A stretch of 64,000 nt of DNA, from assembly GCA_002269645.1 (NCBI GenBank), contig NIVC01002648.1, positions 1-64,000 on the forward strand, in the 5' to 3' direction. This document shows, one piece after another, positions 1 to 13,132 of this stretch (position 1 is the stretch's first letter; each line of letters opens with the position of its first letter). The translations under genes and the position numbers were made by a program. The DNA is from Macrostomum lignano. Its lineage: Eukaryota. The notes below the pieces were generated by a model. It searched no databases and was not told where the DNA came from. It was given only the letters and a program-made list of their open reading frames with translations.

Positions 1-55
1 GTAGCTACAGAGTAGTACTATCAGTTTAACTGAAATTTATTACAAAAACTCGCAG

Positions 56-292
56 CTTATTACGACGGCTCCTGGGATCGGCGCTACATTCGCGACTGCG
101 CCATCCATGGCGATATTGGCGCCGAGGAGGGTCGTGTGCATCGAACGATTGGGCACCCTGCCGCGTGAAAATGCGCTTCTGTCATTGCAATAATAGCACG
201 GCTGCAATGCCGCTTTTGCCGGTCCTAGCGTTGCTAGATTGCTTGTGCCCCTGCTTCTGTTGCTTACTAGCGCTACAAATTTTTTTGCCTAG
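56..292 (+). pseudogene. Terminal exon of a Ly6/uPAR three-finger (quiver/sleepless-like) GPI-anchored protein, with 3 apparent frameshifts
   Basis: Acceptor cgcag at 51-55. Joining frames gives YYDGSWDRRYIRDCAIHGDIGAEEGR / CIERLGT / RVKMRFCHCNN / HGCNAAFAGPSVARLLVPLLLLLTSATNFFA*. This has the C-x-C...GCN end motif of Ly6 domains and a hydrophobic GPI-signal tail; TAG at 290-292. Confidence 0.6.
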
Positions 293-2365
293 TTTGGATA
301 GTGCATAATTCTTCTCCAGCTGGCATTCATATAGCCTTAATGATGAGCGTGTCTTTAGCAAAGGCAAAATCGTTTTTATTAGTAAGACATGTTCTGTCAC
401 ACATTTAATCGCATTTCTTTAACTGCTTTGAAAGTAAGCAATGTGATTACTTTGATTGGCGTGGTTTAATTACTCGTTTGTCTTGTACTAATTTTACTCT
501 ATGCCAATCATTAAAGAAGCGAAATTAGCTAGTCTCTGTGTGTGTGTTGCAGTAGATACTGAGGTAATTCGAGAGTTGCGCATCTGTGTAGTAATTACCT
601 AAAAATGCCCCGCACTGAATGCTTTGTGTATCTGATATGCACAAGTTTTTATCAATCTTGAGTAGGTTTTTAAACATTTTTACAATCAGCTAAAGTCCCT
701 GGTCTATTCTGGTCTGTCTCGAGCTGTTTTTTCTGTTAAGCTTGGATGCACTTTTATTGTTTGATTTTTTGTGTCCTGTATATCATTCCCAATTGAGTAG
801 CAATTTCCTTTTGTTTTCAGCTGGCTGTGCGGAATATGTTTTATTACTTTACTTATTCCTAAGTCTAGTCTCAAGTTTTGGGACTAATTCTAATAATTTA
901 ATTAAAATTCTTGCTCTGTACTTTGTCAAATTTATCGCCTGATTGTATAGTTTCATTTCAAGCAATCCTTCTACCGAGTATATAATTTTATGCTAATTCT
1001 GCCGACTAGTTTAAATACATTCCCTTCAACGTTGCCGTTGCTACTAATTCAAGATTAATTGCTTTAAATATATCACACTGTCTTTAATCTTTCTATTGGC
1101 TATTCTCTAAAATGTTGTATAATAGATTGTAGTAAGTATAGATTAGGAAGCCAGTCGGTTTCAACTCAAATCCCATTGTAATCTTAAAAGTATATTGTAA
1201 TCGAAACTATTCATAGCTAGCATTTAGGCTGTTTAAGTTTTACGACCTCCAAATGTAAGTATCCTTTTTATGGCTAAAAATATTCTTATTCGCTGCCAAT
1301 CGCCTAATCGAATTACTTTGAATCATATTTTAGACTTAAGTGCTCAACATTCTATTCGTTATTTTAGTTTGGTGAGTTGATTTCTGCTGGTGTTTAAATG
1401 CTTTCTACATAATAAAAGTTGGTCACGCATTAACTAATACCGTCCTTATTCTACTTTTGCACAGATTTGTCGAGACCTACAGCTGAAGTGATTGCACTGA
1501 TTCAACATTTCACACATTGCAAAAAGCCATTAATGATAGCTAGGTATATTGTTTTAGGCTTCATTCACCATTATTTGAAACAGTATAAAACAAGCTTCTC
1601 TTATGCAAAAAGTCAGACTAAAAAAGTATTTTTTCTCCGATTGTCCAAATTTTATCTATAGTTGTTGAGAAACTCTCGTTTAACTTGAAGTTTTTAAACC
1701 TTTGGCTTGCTAGCAGCATGCTTTGGCAATCGACGCTTAAAATATTTGGTTTTTTTGTTTCTATGATTCCAAACTACCAATGGCACAAAAACCAACGCAA
1801 AGATTAAATGAGTCTTTGTATTCGTTTGATTCGACACCACAGGATAAGAACCCAGTTTATTTAGTCTTCTAACCTATATGCAAGTTTCACCCCAATAGTG
1901 TGCCAGCTTCGGAGCTGTACTTTGAAAGATTTTATTACTGCAAAAAGAACAGACATTACTCTCGTTAAAGTGCTTTTATCGGGTTCAGGGCCAAAATTGT
2001 TGACCAACAAGGACGGCTTCTGCATCGAATGTCGATGTGGCATTAATGAATGTCGCGTTAGTAACTTGGCTCGCCGTTTGGAGAGCAGCTCAAGAACGAC
2101 TGTCCAAACTATGCAGTTGAGGTCTCTTCGGTTTAATCAAAACTAAATCGCACAGCTACAGCCCGGCCACAGCCAATCATCGTTCGAAACTAAGTTTCTT
2201 TTCCGACTAACTGCAAGTTCAAGGCGGCGTATCGAGTGTATTGAATCGTAAGCAATCATTTAGTTTATGCAATGAAATTCAAATTAAAGCTGAGATATAT
2301 CAAAAGCGTTATTGTATCGATCATACATGCACAAATAAGTCAAAAGTTCATTTACTGTGGACTTA

Positions 2366-3457
2366 TACGAGGAGTTTACTGAACGTTTTGAGATGCACCG
2401 AAACCAAGAGTCAACAAAATTTAGTCGATTTTTCAAAGTAGTTGCCACCAGCTTGTACACATTTTCTCATCCGGTGAAACCACTGAGTCAGGCTCCAGTC
2501 TATTGTTCTTCTGACACTGCTGAAACCACTAACTGGAACTCGATTCTCGCTGCTTCCGGGTTCAGAACAAGTTCCACAAAGTTGACAACCAAAGGGAAGA
2601 GAAAGAAGTTGATGCTCCGTGGGGGAATATTTAACCAGCTGGACTCCATTCTCGGGTCAGAAATGCCATTGCCAATGTCGTAGCAGTCTGCGCACTGGCG
2701 TTGTGGTGCAGCAGCCTGGCTAAAAAGTCGCGACCATCTGCTTCCCGGACGCTGCGGGACCGCTTGACTTTTGTCGGGGTGGTACGAGTATCTTCCGGAA
2801 GGAGCCAAACGGCGGACTGCAGCTTGGTTTCCGGTCGTTCTGGTAGACCAGGTCTCATCACTTCTGATTATCTCCCAGACTCGCTTCATGCCAGAATGAA
2901 CTTGCACCAACGCACCCTGTCCGCCTTCTGGTACTCTATCAGGTTCCAGGAGGCTCCAAGCTTGTACAGGATGGTTCTAGCTACTGCCGATCCAATTTCA
3001 AGAGAGCCTCTCTGATCTTGGCACAGGTTACTCGCCGGTCCTAATCGATCATTCTCCGGACAGCAGCGATGTTTTCGTCGGTGACAGCAGTAGCTGGGCG
3101 TCCCGTGCGAGGCTCGTCATCGAGACTTTCGGCTCCACTTACACTACCACCGAAAGCTGACCAAGGGTTTTGGTCTCCGAAAGCAGCATGTAAACTCTTA
3201 AGCGCTTCTGCGTGAGACCATTTCGCTGGTCGTAAACGATCATAAGCACGAAAGTCGCAGTTTGTCAATTCCTTCAGAGCGAGTACAGCTTGGTAAGGGG
3301 TGTTAACTTTAAAGAGTGATCGTGAAAAATAGACAAGCACAGAGGCTGAAAATTTATACACAAGCATCTAAACTGTGGCTGAGTATGTACATGAAAAGAC
3401 GTGCAGTTGTGACTTATGAGTCAGTTGTATCTCAAAACTTTCAGTAAGCTCCACGTA
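2366..3457 (-). mobile_element. Defective Tc1/mariner transposon with both TIRs
   Basis: Left TACGAGGAGTTTACTGAACGTTTTGAGAT versus right (rc) TACGTGGAGCTTACTGAAAGTTTTGAGAT, TA at both ends. Frameshifted transposase pieces: SLDDEPRTGRPATAVTDENIAAVRRMID, SDETW, PETKLQSAVW...PTKVKRSRS. Confidence 0.9.
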
Positions 3458-5374
3458 TTTGAAACATTGCGGCTGAGTAGCGGAGCGATAACGCCTCCGA
3501 TTCGCACACCAAAGTGGGGTTAGGTTCCTGACGATGATCAAAAGTGGAATGAGATACGATAGAATGAGCTTGAGATAAGACCATGCAAAGCTATCTACTA
3601 CTTATCGCCCGTTAGGATTCTGGTTTGATTATTTACCAGTATTAGTACTACTGTTTATGATGAAATTTAAAGTTAACGTAAGAAATCGATAGCTTAGTAA
3701 ATTATTTCTGTCCAAAAAGGACAATTATTTTGGTCGGGACAGCAAAAGCGACTGTCGCTCATTTTACTATGTCGATTAGTTTAAGATGATTAAGAAGCCT
3801 CAGAGGTGTTTGCCATTTAGTCACTATTACTGATAGGGAACTGGTGCGTCATTTAATCAACTATACGTAGATTTTAAATGTTTTTAATTCAAGTAGGATT
3901 AAAAGTGAATGTCCTTTATTCTAACTACCTGAATTGACATTTTAAACCCTGATTTCACAGTGTGAGACACCTGCAGCTCAAGTCGAGTCGAACTAGCGGT
4001 CGTTGATCGGTCTTGCCAGCGTCAAAGTCGTTACCAAGTTCGTATCCGCGGTGACCAGAGATCTGCTTGGTGCTCAATGGATCAGTCGGATTTCATAATT
4101 TTATCTGCTGGGTTTAAGTGTTTGCTTACTAGCAGAACAAATATTGTGTGTTAATTGTACTTGCTAACTCTAAATCAAAGTATGGAATGGAAAAGAATCT
4201 TATTTTGCCGTCATATGTTCCTGCATAGTCTACTCGTACAAGATATGTGTGTATATATCTTAAGTAACACTATAGTTTATGAAAATAATGCTAAAAGTGA
4301 TTTTGGCGTCACCATAACGCCAGAGTTCAATAAATTACATTCGATATATTAATTCATAAGTAATACCGGCTCCGCATCGAGTGCACAGCTTTAAAAGGGG
4401 CTCACTTGACTGTCTGTCAGCAGGGGCGGTTGCATTCGCCCTTCGGAGGAGACTCCGAATTTTTGCCGAAATGCCGGCCTACCAGTGGGCCCTTTGTATC
4501 CCCCCTCACCTAAATCTCTGGTTGCGCCACTTATCAGTCAACTCTATAGCGTATTATCTGTGGCTAGGTAGTATTAAGAAGCACTGCTAATCGACTGGCT
4601 GCAGTTCGCCGTCGATCCTTGCACGGTCTCCAAAATCCTACTTAGTCTAGCCCTAAGAGCCGTTGAGAGTTTCTGAACTCGCGTCCACCGTTCTCAATCG
4701 CATATCAATTAACAAGCTAGACTTTGCCGAGTCTTATCGACTGAATGAAAGATCAGATCTAAGGTTGAAATATTCATCAGCTGCTATACATTATAGGGCT
4801 AAATATTAACTTTCAACTTCTATTTCCATCGGGCACTGCCTGTCTGCAGTTAGTAACTTTATTATCATCTGTCATCTGAGTAACTTCTGCATCGTCAAGA
4901 TGGCTTCGATCTTGGTAGTTATTGACTGTTAGAACGAAGAAATCATTGAGAACTATTATTTAAATTAATAATCGTAAAATTTGTAAAGTCGGTTTGAACT
5001 TGAAGGAAAAATATTCATATAGAGAAAGTACTTTTTACGAGCAATGAACCAATTACTGGTCATTGTCAGTAAAACCACTAGCCGGGCCGACAGTTTCGCT
5101 TTTGAGCGAAACAAATGGCTTACAATGGATACTGCACGTGTTGTAGGTACACACTGGGTCCTCGATTATGAATTTGAAGTTACTACTTGCAGGCAGTGCC
5201 CGTACGAAAAAAGTGGATCTTTTAAAACAGAAATTGCACACATTTGTTTTAGCGATTGGGGCTTTGGTTGAAGGTATATTGAGTTTACGATTCGTTTATG
5301 CCGCCATCGAAGGTCAGAGTGGCAAAAATTATGTTCGCACAATTTGCATGGCATTCGCCTGATGATACTCGTAC

Positions 5375-6478
5375 CCTCTCCTAGCTGCATGCCCTCTCAT
5401 CCTTCTTTATGCTACCCTCTAGCTGCCCTCAAACCCTTCCTTGTGATACCCTCTAACTGCCCTCTAATCCTTATGATACCCTCTAGCTACCCTCAAACCC
5501 TTCCTTATGATACCCACTAACTGCTCTCTAATTCTTATGATACCATCTAGCTACCCTCTAATCCTTCGTTATGATACCCTCTAGCTACCTCTAATCCTTA
5601 TGATACCCTCTAGCTGCCCTTATCATTTCTTATAATAATCTCTATAGCTACCCTCTAATCCTTCCTTATGATACCCTCTAACTGCCCTCTAATCCTTGAT
5701 ACCCTCAAACTGCCCTTATCATTTCTTAAAATAATCTCTATAGCTACCCTCTAATCCTTCCTTATGATACCCTCTAACTGCCCTCTAATCCTTATGATAC
5801 CCTCTAACTGCCCTTATCATTTCTTATAATAATCTCTAGCTACCCTCTAATCCTTCCTCATGATACCCTCTAGCTACCCTCTAATCCTTCGTTATGCTAC
5901 CCTCGGCCTCTAGCTGCCCTCTAAACCTTCCTTATGATACCCTAGCCTCTAGCTGCCCTCTCATCCTTCCTTATGATACCCTCTAGCTGCCCTCTAATCC
6001 TTCCTTATGATACCCTCTAGCTGCCCTCTCACCCTTCCTTATGATACCCTCCAGCTACCCTCTATTCCTTCGTTATGATACCCTCTAGCTGCCCTCTCAC
6101 CCTTCCATATGATACCCTCTAGCTACCCTCTATTCCTTCGTTATGATACCCTCTAGCTGCCCTCTCACCCTTCCATATGATACCCTCCAGCTACCCTCTA
6201 TTCCTTCGTTATGATACCCTCTAGCTGCCCTCTCACCCTTCCATATGATACCCTCTAGCTACCCTCTATTCCTTCGTTATGATACCCTCTAGCTGCCCTC
6301 TCACCCTTCCTTATGATACCCTCTAACTGCCCTCTAATCCTTATGATACCCTCTAGCTGCCCTTATCCTTTCTTATAATAATCTCTAGCTGCCCTCTAAT
6401 CCTTCCTCATGATACCCTCTAGCTGCCCTCTAATCCTTCCTTGTGATACCCTCTAATCCTTCGTTATGATACCCTCTC
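5375..6478. repeat. Minisatellite, about 34-bp unit ATGATACCCTCTAGCTGCCCTCTAATCCTTCCTT
   Basis: Visible degenerate tandem periodicity. Confidence 0.9.
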
Positions 6479-7687
6479 TATTCTTGAAAGTCTTACTGTA
6501 GTCTTCGTGTATTTTTCTGCGTAATTTACTCGGTTGATTTATTTGAATCAGTCTTGAAGAAAAATCGTACTATAAATTGCATTTAAGTACTTCCATCAGG
6601 TTTATTTTTAGTTTTAATCTTGAGGAACTCAGCATACATTTTATTGCCTTGGCTATACTGTCGTAAATAATGAAATAATGGGTGTCCAGTTTATTTATTG
6701 ACAATACTCTATCTTTGAAGTAATTTTTGAATAAAAGCAATAAACGTACTTTTACTCCAATGTACATTCTCACGTTTCTTGCATTACATTTATGTGTCTT
6801 CCGGTCCTATCACATTATTGTTCTGTTGAGGTCTCAGAAGGTAGTCACATTCACCATAAAAAATAGTATGTTAAAGGGCTACATATCACAGTTGCTTGGC
6901 TACAATGCCATAAGTTAACCTTTTTCTTGGCAGGTACTATTTTGCCTACTTTTAGTAGCAAGTAGTGCAGAATGTTTTTTAAACCCTTGGCTATTTGATA
7001 AAATATTGAGTCAGGTCGGGATCGCATTCCCGCTACCGTAATGACAGTATACGGTACTACCTGACGCTGTTCGAAGCAGAGTTGCATTTGCCAATTATTA
7101 TCTGGTTTATAATATACCTAGCTTGTTGAGTTAGATGTTTAGTTTCTTGTTTGAAAAAATATTTATTGTTGGCTATATATCCGTGTTCTGTCACAGCTTT
7201 TGCTTAGGCTATATTGTAGGACTGACTATATGCGAAAGGGCTGAATGATTTCACACATGGACAAAATATGACAATATCTTGAGGTGCAATTCACAGCTCT
7301 GAAACCAGAAAATATATATTATTGCGTCATAATATCAATATCACTAATCAAAGTTACGCATCAAATTCGAGCTTATGGAATTTCGAGCTATTATTGTGGA
7401 ACACCCGCTATGCCTAACAGTAGTTAGTATTGGGACATCAGTGTTAAATATATTTATCAAATTCAATCAGCGATTGTACTGTTATAAATAAGCGAACTTA
7501 ACTAATCTTTATATATACCATGTATATGGTTAGTAGATTAGTGATCTGTAGCGCTATTTTTAATTGGCTTTCTGTCGGCTTTAGAGTAAGAAAATTAGGC
7601 AAAAGTATTGTCATCGAAATAAGTCGAAAGTAATCAGTTTTAAATTCTATTAACTAAGAACTTATATAGTAAGTAAATATATTATAA

Positions 7688-7794
7688 AGGCTTGTTCACG
7701 CCGCCAATAAATTGAAAACGCTTTGTATGCAAAGTTCATGTATGCATCACTTCATAACTTTTATTGATTTCATTGATGGCGGTGTGAACGACCA
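7688..7794. mobile_element. PIF/Harbinger-type MITE, older copy
   Basis: Left end AGGCTTGTTCACGCCGCCAATAA; right end rc ATGGTCGTTCACACCGCCATCAA. Same TIR family as 18339-18468. Confidence 0.6.
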
Positions 7795-7847
7795 TTCAAC
7801 CAAATCTTGTTATTAGCGTACATATGTAATGTTATTGACTATAGCAC

Positions 7848-8595
7848 CATTCACAGCTTCCCCTACATTCACAGCTTACTTCTCTTCACAACTGGCCCTT
7901 CATTAACAGCTTCTCTGCTTTGCAGCTTCCCCTCCATTCACAGTATCCCCCATTTACAACTTCCCCTATTTACAACATCCTTCCAATCACAGCATCCCTT
8001 CATCCACAGCTTCCTGTTCCCAGCTTCCCTCCATTCACAGCATCCTTTCATTCACAGCTTTTGATTCACAGCTTCCCTCTGTTCACAGCTTCCCTGTATT
8101 CACAGCTTCCCTCTTTCACAGCTTCCTTCTCTTCACAACTGGCCCTCCATTCACGGCTCCTCTGTATTCACAGATTCTCTCTGTTCACAACTTTCTACTC
8201 TTCACAACTGGCCCTCCATTCACAGCTCCCCCCATTAACAGCTTCCCTGCATTCACAACTTCCCTTCCATTCACAGGTTCCACTCCATTCACAGCTTCCT
8301 GAATTCACACCTTCCCTCTATTTACAGCTTCCTCTCCATTTACAGCTTCCTCTCCATTTACAGCTTCCTCCCCATTCACATCTGCCGTTCCATTCACATA
8401 TTCCCCCATTCACAGCTTCTCTTTATTCACACCTTCCCTCTATTCACAGTTTCCTCTCTATTCACAGTTTCCTCTCCATTTACAGCTTCCTCCCCATTCA
8501 CACCTGCCGCTCCATTCACAGCTTCCCCCCATTCACAGTTTCCTCTTCATTTACAGCTTCTTTCTATTTACAACTGGCCCTCCATCACAGCCGCC
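7848..8595. repeat. Degenerate minisatellite with ATTCACAGCTTCCC core
   Basis: Repeated ATTCACAGCTTC motif; source of the spurious 243-aa ORF at 7920-8651. Confidence 0.85.
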
Positions 8596-8832
8596 CCTCC
8601 ATATTTGTGTGTTATTTGAATTGCTTCGCTATTGGCCAGGAAGGTTGCTAGGTTTCCTGTCTATAATGCTAGCTATATTAATTAGAATTGACATTTTAGT
8701 TATATTAATATACTAAACAGTTTTCCGTCACTGAGTTGTAAAAGTCGCATGTATCGTAAATATGACGCCACAAAGAATAAGCTAAATTTCAAAGTCTGAA
8801 CTACGAGCTAAATCCTCATTCGCTGCATATTT

Positions 8833-10914
8833 CTGGCAACCGAACAAAGACTTGAGTATTTTAAGTCGCTGGCCAGAGACGGCCTGATCGACTCAAATGG
8901 CGGCATCCGGGCGGCAGACTCGGTGCCGAAACTCTACGACAGAATGCTGTCGGCTAATAAACTCGTGGCCAAGGCCATCATGCTGAACGTGATCAAGTAC
9001 ACCGACCAGGCGGACAAGATGGCCGCGCTGTGCAAGAACGGTGGCTGGCAGCTGTTAAATCAGTGGCTAGCGGAGGCCCGGCGAGATGAGAACCGGGCCC
9101 TGGAGAAGCTGCTGCTCGAGGTGTTCCACCGCCTGCCCGTCACTCTGGACATGCTAAGGAGCAACGATTCAGCCAAGATGGTGAAGCAGATTGCCAAGGC
9201 CAAGAACCAGGCCGAGCTGTCTGACCTGGCCGCCAGCCTAGTTGACAAGTGGATGGACCAGATCAAAGCGGAACTGCCGCCTCAGCCGCAGCAGGCGTCG
9301 TTGCCGGCTAGCGAGAAAGGCACCGGTCCTTCCGAGCACAAGAGAAAACGGCTGGACAGCGGTGGCGAAGAGCAGCAGCAGCAGCAGCAGCGACGTTCAA
9401 CTGAGAAGCAGTCTGAGAAGAAGCAACAGCAGCCGCGTAAGATACCATCGACTGCCCGCACCGCTCCGTCGCATTTTCGCGACACCAACCTGCTCGCCTC
9501 GGACGAGCTGACATCGTCCTCGCCGTCGTCGTCGTCGTCATCCGGAGCTGGCGCCGCTGCTTCCTCGTCAAAATTTAAAAGCGAAGCCGTCGAAGGTCCG
9601 TCCGCGGCGAAACGGAAGCGACCGGACACGGACCTGGAGTCTATTCACGCGTCTATCAGCGTCAAGCCAACGCCGTCAGATTCTCCTAAAAGCATACCCG
9701 GCAGCAGCAACAACCAGCAGCAGCAGCAACAGCAGCAACAGCAAAAGAAACGGCCAGCCGGTGAGCTGCATCTGGACTCCGGCTTTATGGACTCGCTGTT
9801 CTCCAATGGCGGCCATTCTGGCGCTGGTGGCGGCACTGAGCAGCAGCAACAGCACGCAGCCGGTGGCTCCGCCAAGCTGGTGCGAAAACGGAAGAAGGAC
9901 AGCGGCGGCAACAGCAACGCAACAACGCCAACAACGCCCGAGCCGCCTGCGGTGCCGGCGCTGCAATCGACGACAGCTCAGCCTGACTCATCATCGGCGA
10001 CAAGCCCGAAGAAGCCTGAGTTAGCTGCTGCCGCCTCCTCCGGCAACAAGAAGTCCGGCCGGCGGGTCAGCTGGGCGCCAGCCGGCGAGCTGGAGCAGGT
10101 GTCCTACTTCGAGCTGGACGAAACCGAACGAGTCAATGTCAATCGGCAGAGCGTTGAAGAGATGTCCAAGCAGGAGCACGTCAGGGAGCGCGAATTGCTT
10201 AATAAGGCCCGCAAAGAGGGCCTGATGGACGGCGCCATGGACGATTCGTCGTCCGATTTGTCTTCAAGCAACCCGGCGGCTTCGCACCGTCTGCAGCTGG
10301 GCCGGCCGCCGCAGTGGTACCGGCCGCGGCCAATCAGCGACCTGCCGCCGTTCGCTGCCGAGTCCAATAGCGGCCGGAAATCCACCGAGCGGGCCCGCCA
10401 GGCCAAGCGCCAGGAGGCCATTCTGCAGGTGATTTATTTTAGCCGCGAAGCGGTGCCACCCAGTCCGGCTGAGCCTGACGTTGAGCATGCGGACGCTGAG
10501 GAGCCAAAAATTATCCCGCTCGAAGAGGTATCCAAGCCTGCGTCGCCGCCGCCTACGACTTCTGCAGCGACGCCTCAGCAGCAGGCAAAGCCAGAGCAAC
10601 AGCAGAAGCCGAAGCAGGAGCAACCGGTGGCTTCTAGTGCCGGTACTCCATCTGCTACTGTTTCTGCATCAATTCTTCCATCGCCGGATTCGGTCGCTGT
10701 GGCAGTGGCTGCGGCGGTATCTTCAACGTCTTCAACTTCGACAGCTGCACCAACGTCAGCAGCGCTGTCCTCAGCAGCGTCGTCGGCTGTTACAGCAACG
10801 TCGACATTGACTACGACAGCCGCCTCCACGGCAGCATCAGTGGCCAGCAGCGTCTCCGACCTTCTGATGACGATTAGCAGATCTTCGGACGGCGGTTTGG
10901 CTTTGAAAGACGAG
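8833..10914 (+). CDS. PPP1R10: PNUTS (PP1 regulatory subunit 10) coding exon 1; start position uncertain
   Basis: N-terminal TFIIS-N-like domain (GGWQLLNQWL...LPVTLDMLRSNDSAKMVKQIAK), RVxF-type motif KKSGRRVSWAPAGELEQVSYFELDETERVNV (human SVTW...YFELDETERVNV), later ILQVIYFSREAVPPSPAEPD. Donor GAG/GTGAGT at 10914/10915, phase 0. Confidence 0.9.
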
Positions 10915-10980
10915 GTGAGTCATTGCGAGAGCCGAATTAGCGAGGTCTATATTGTCAGGCTAGGAAGGGAACTAATAGTA

Positions 10981-11724
10981 GCTGGAAGCGGAAGCTGGAA
11001 GCGGAAGCTGGAAGCGGAAGCTGGAAGCGGAAGCTGGAAGCGGAAGCTGGAAGCGGAAGCTGGAAGCGGAAGCTGGAAGCGGAAGCTGGAAGCGGAAGCT
11101 GGAAGCGGAAGCTGGAAGCGGAAGCTGGAAGCGGAAGCTGGAAGCGGAAGCTGGAAGCGGAAGCTGGAAGCGGAAGCTGGAAGCGGAAGCTGGAAGCGGA
11201 AGCTGGAAGCGGAAGCTGGAAGCGGAAGCTGGAAGCGGAAGCTGGAAGCGGAAGCTGGAAGCGGAAGCTGGAAGCGGAAGCTGGAAGCGGAAGCTGGAAG
11301 CGGAAGCTGGAAGCGGAAGCTGGAAGCGGAAGCTGGAAGCGGAAGCTGGAAGCGGAAGCTGGAAGCGGAAGCTGGAAGCGGAAGCTGGAAGCGGAAGCTG
11401 GAAGCGGAAGCTGGAAGCGGAAGCTGGAAGCGGAAGCTGGAAGCGGAAGCTGGAAGCGGAAGCTGGAAGCGGAAGCTGGAAGCGGAAGCTGGAAGCGGAA
11501 GCTGGAAGCGGAAGCTGGAAGCGGAAGCTGGAAGCGGAAGCTGGAAGCGGAAGCTGGAAGCGGAAGCTGGAAGCGGAAGCTGGAAGCGGAAGCTGGAAGC
11601 GGAAGCTGGAAGCGGAAGCTGGAAGCGGAAGCTGGAAGCGGAAGCTGGAAGCAGAAGCTGAAAGCGGAAGCTGGAAGCGGAAGCTGGAAGCGGAAGCTGG
11701 AAGCGGAAGCTGGAAGCGGAAGCG
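10981..11724. repeat. 13-bp minisatellite GCTGGAAGCGGAA in PNUTS intron 1
   Basis: About 57 near-perfect units between donor 10915 and acceptor 11784. Confidence 0.95.
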
Positions 11725-11784
11725 AGCGTTAGTAGTAATTTCATAACCAACCGGAAAACTGAAACTCCATCCCCCACCTCGCAG

Positions 11785-12066
11785 GTGGCCGACATTCTCA
11801 AACAGGTCACCCGCAACCTCACCACGGCGTCCGCCGGTGTCCCGAACCAGCCGTCGCCCGCAGTTGACACCGCCGCCTCCGCCGCCGCCTCCACCTCTGC
11901 CACCGCTGCCGCCAACCAGACGCCCAAAGAGGCTCTTTGGCGACTGCTGCGTTCGAGGTATCCAGATTTGCACCTGCAGAGAACCGAGGATCTTACTGTG
12001 GATAGAATTCGAAGCCTGCTTGAACCGTTGAAAGAGGAATTGGCCGCCAGCGGCATGTTCCCGCAG
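11785..12066 (+). CDS. PPP1R10: PNUTS coding exon 2
   Basis: Acceptor cctcgcag, 282 nt phase 0-0 (VADILKQV...IRSLLEPLKEELAASGMFPQ), donor CAG/GTAATT. Confidence 0.85.
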
Positions 12067-12204
12067 GTAATTGGATGCTTAATTTTAACTCGGCCGATTC
12101 AGTGACCGCTATGCCAACTTTTTGAAGCGAAATCTGCCTTTGTCACATCTCAAAAAGAATTGCTGTGCACCAAATTTTGCTGCTTTTTTCCTGCGCTCTA
12201 CAAA

Positions 12205-13087
12205 CCCCATCAAATTCCCCAAGAATCGCCCATCAAATTCATCAAGAATCGCCCATCAAATTCATCAAGAATCGCCCATCAAATTCATCAAGAATCGCCC
12301 ATCAAATTCTCTAAGAATCGCCCATCAAATTCATCAAGTATCGCCTGTTAAATTCCCCAAGAATCGCCCATCAAATTCCCCAAGAATCACCCATCAAATT
12401 CATCAAGAATCGCCCATCAAATTCCCCAAGAATCGCCCATCAAATTCATCAAGAATCGCCCATCAAATTCATCAAGAATCGCCCATCAAATTCATCAAGA
12501 ATCGCCCATCAAATTCATCAAGAATCGCCTGTTAAATTCCCCAAGAATCGCCCATCAAATTCCCCAAGAATCGCCCATCAAATTCATCAAGAATCGCCCA
12601 TCAAATTCATCAAGAATCGCCCATCAAATTCATCAAGAATCGCCCATCAAATTCATCAAGAATCGCCCATCAAATTCATCAAGAATCGCCCATCAAATTC
12701 TCTAAAAATCGCCCATCAAATTCATCAAGAATCGCCCATCAAATTCATCAAGAATCGCCCATCAAATTCATCAAGAATCGCCCATCAAATTCTCTAAGAA
12801 TCGCCCATCAAATTCATCAAGAATCGCCCATCAAATTCATCAAGAATCGCCCATCAAATTCATCAAGAATCGCCCATCAAATTCATCAAGAATCGCCCAT
12901 CAAATTCATCAAGAATCGCCCATCAAATTCATCAAGAATCGCCCCTCAAATTCATCAAGAATCGCCCCTCAAATTCATCAAGAATCGCCCATCAAATTCA
13001 TCAAGAATCGCCCATCAAATTCATCAAGAATCGCCCATCAAATTCTCTAAGAATCGCCCATCAAATTCATCAAGAATCGCCCATCAA
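12205..13087. repeat. 23-bp minisatellite AAGAATCGCCCATCAAATTCATC in PNUTS intron 2
   Basis: About 38 tandem units. Confidence 0.95.
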
Positions 13088-13132
13088 TTTGAATCAATTA
13101 TTATAGAACTATTCCCCCCTTCTATTTCGCAG

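Noticed and set aside
3470-3530. tRNA-like or SINE head
   Set aside because: Only a weak A box; no convincing B box or stems.
5044-5390. Short overlapping ORFs as a gene
   Set aside because: No recognisable domain and no coherent splice model.
9060-10829. Many antisense and alternative-frame ORFs over PNUTS, DENND5 and knottin exons
   Set aside because: Expected shadow ORFs of GC-rich coding sequence.
10915-11661. C-terminal AGSGSWKRKLEAE repeats of the 912-aa ORF as part of PNUTS
   Set aside because: They follow a consensus GTGAGT donor and are the translation of a 13-bp intronic array. Splicing to 11785 and 13133 recovers the expected CCCH finger.
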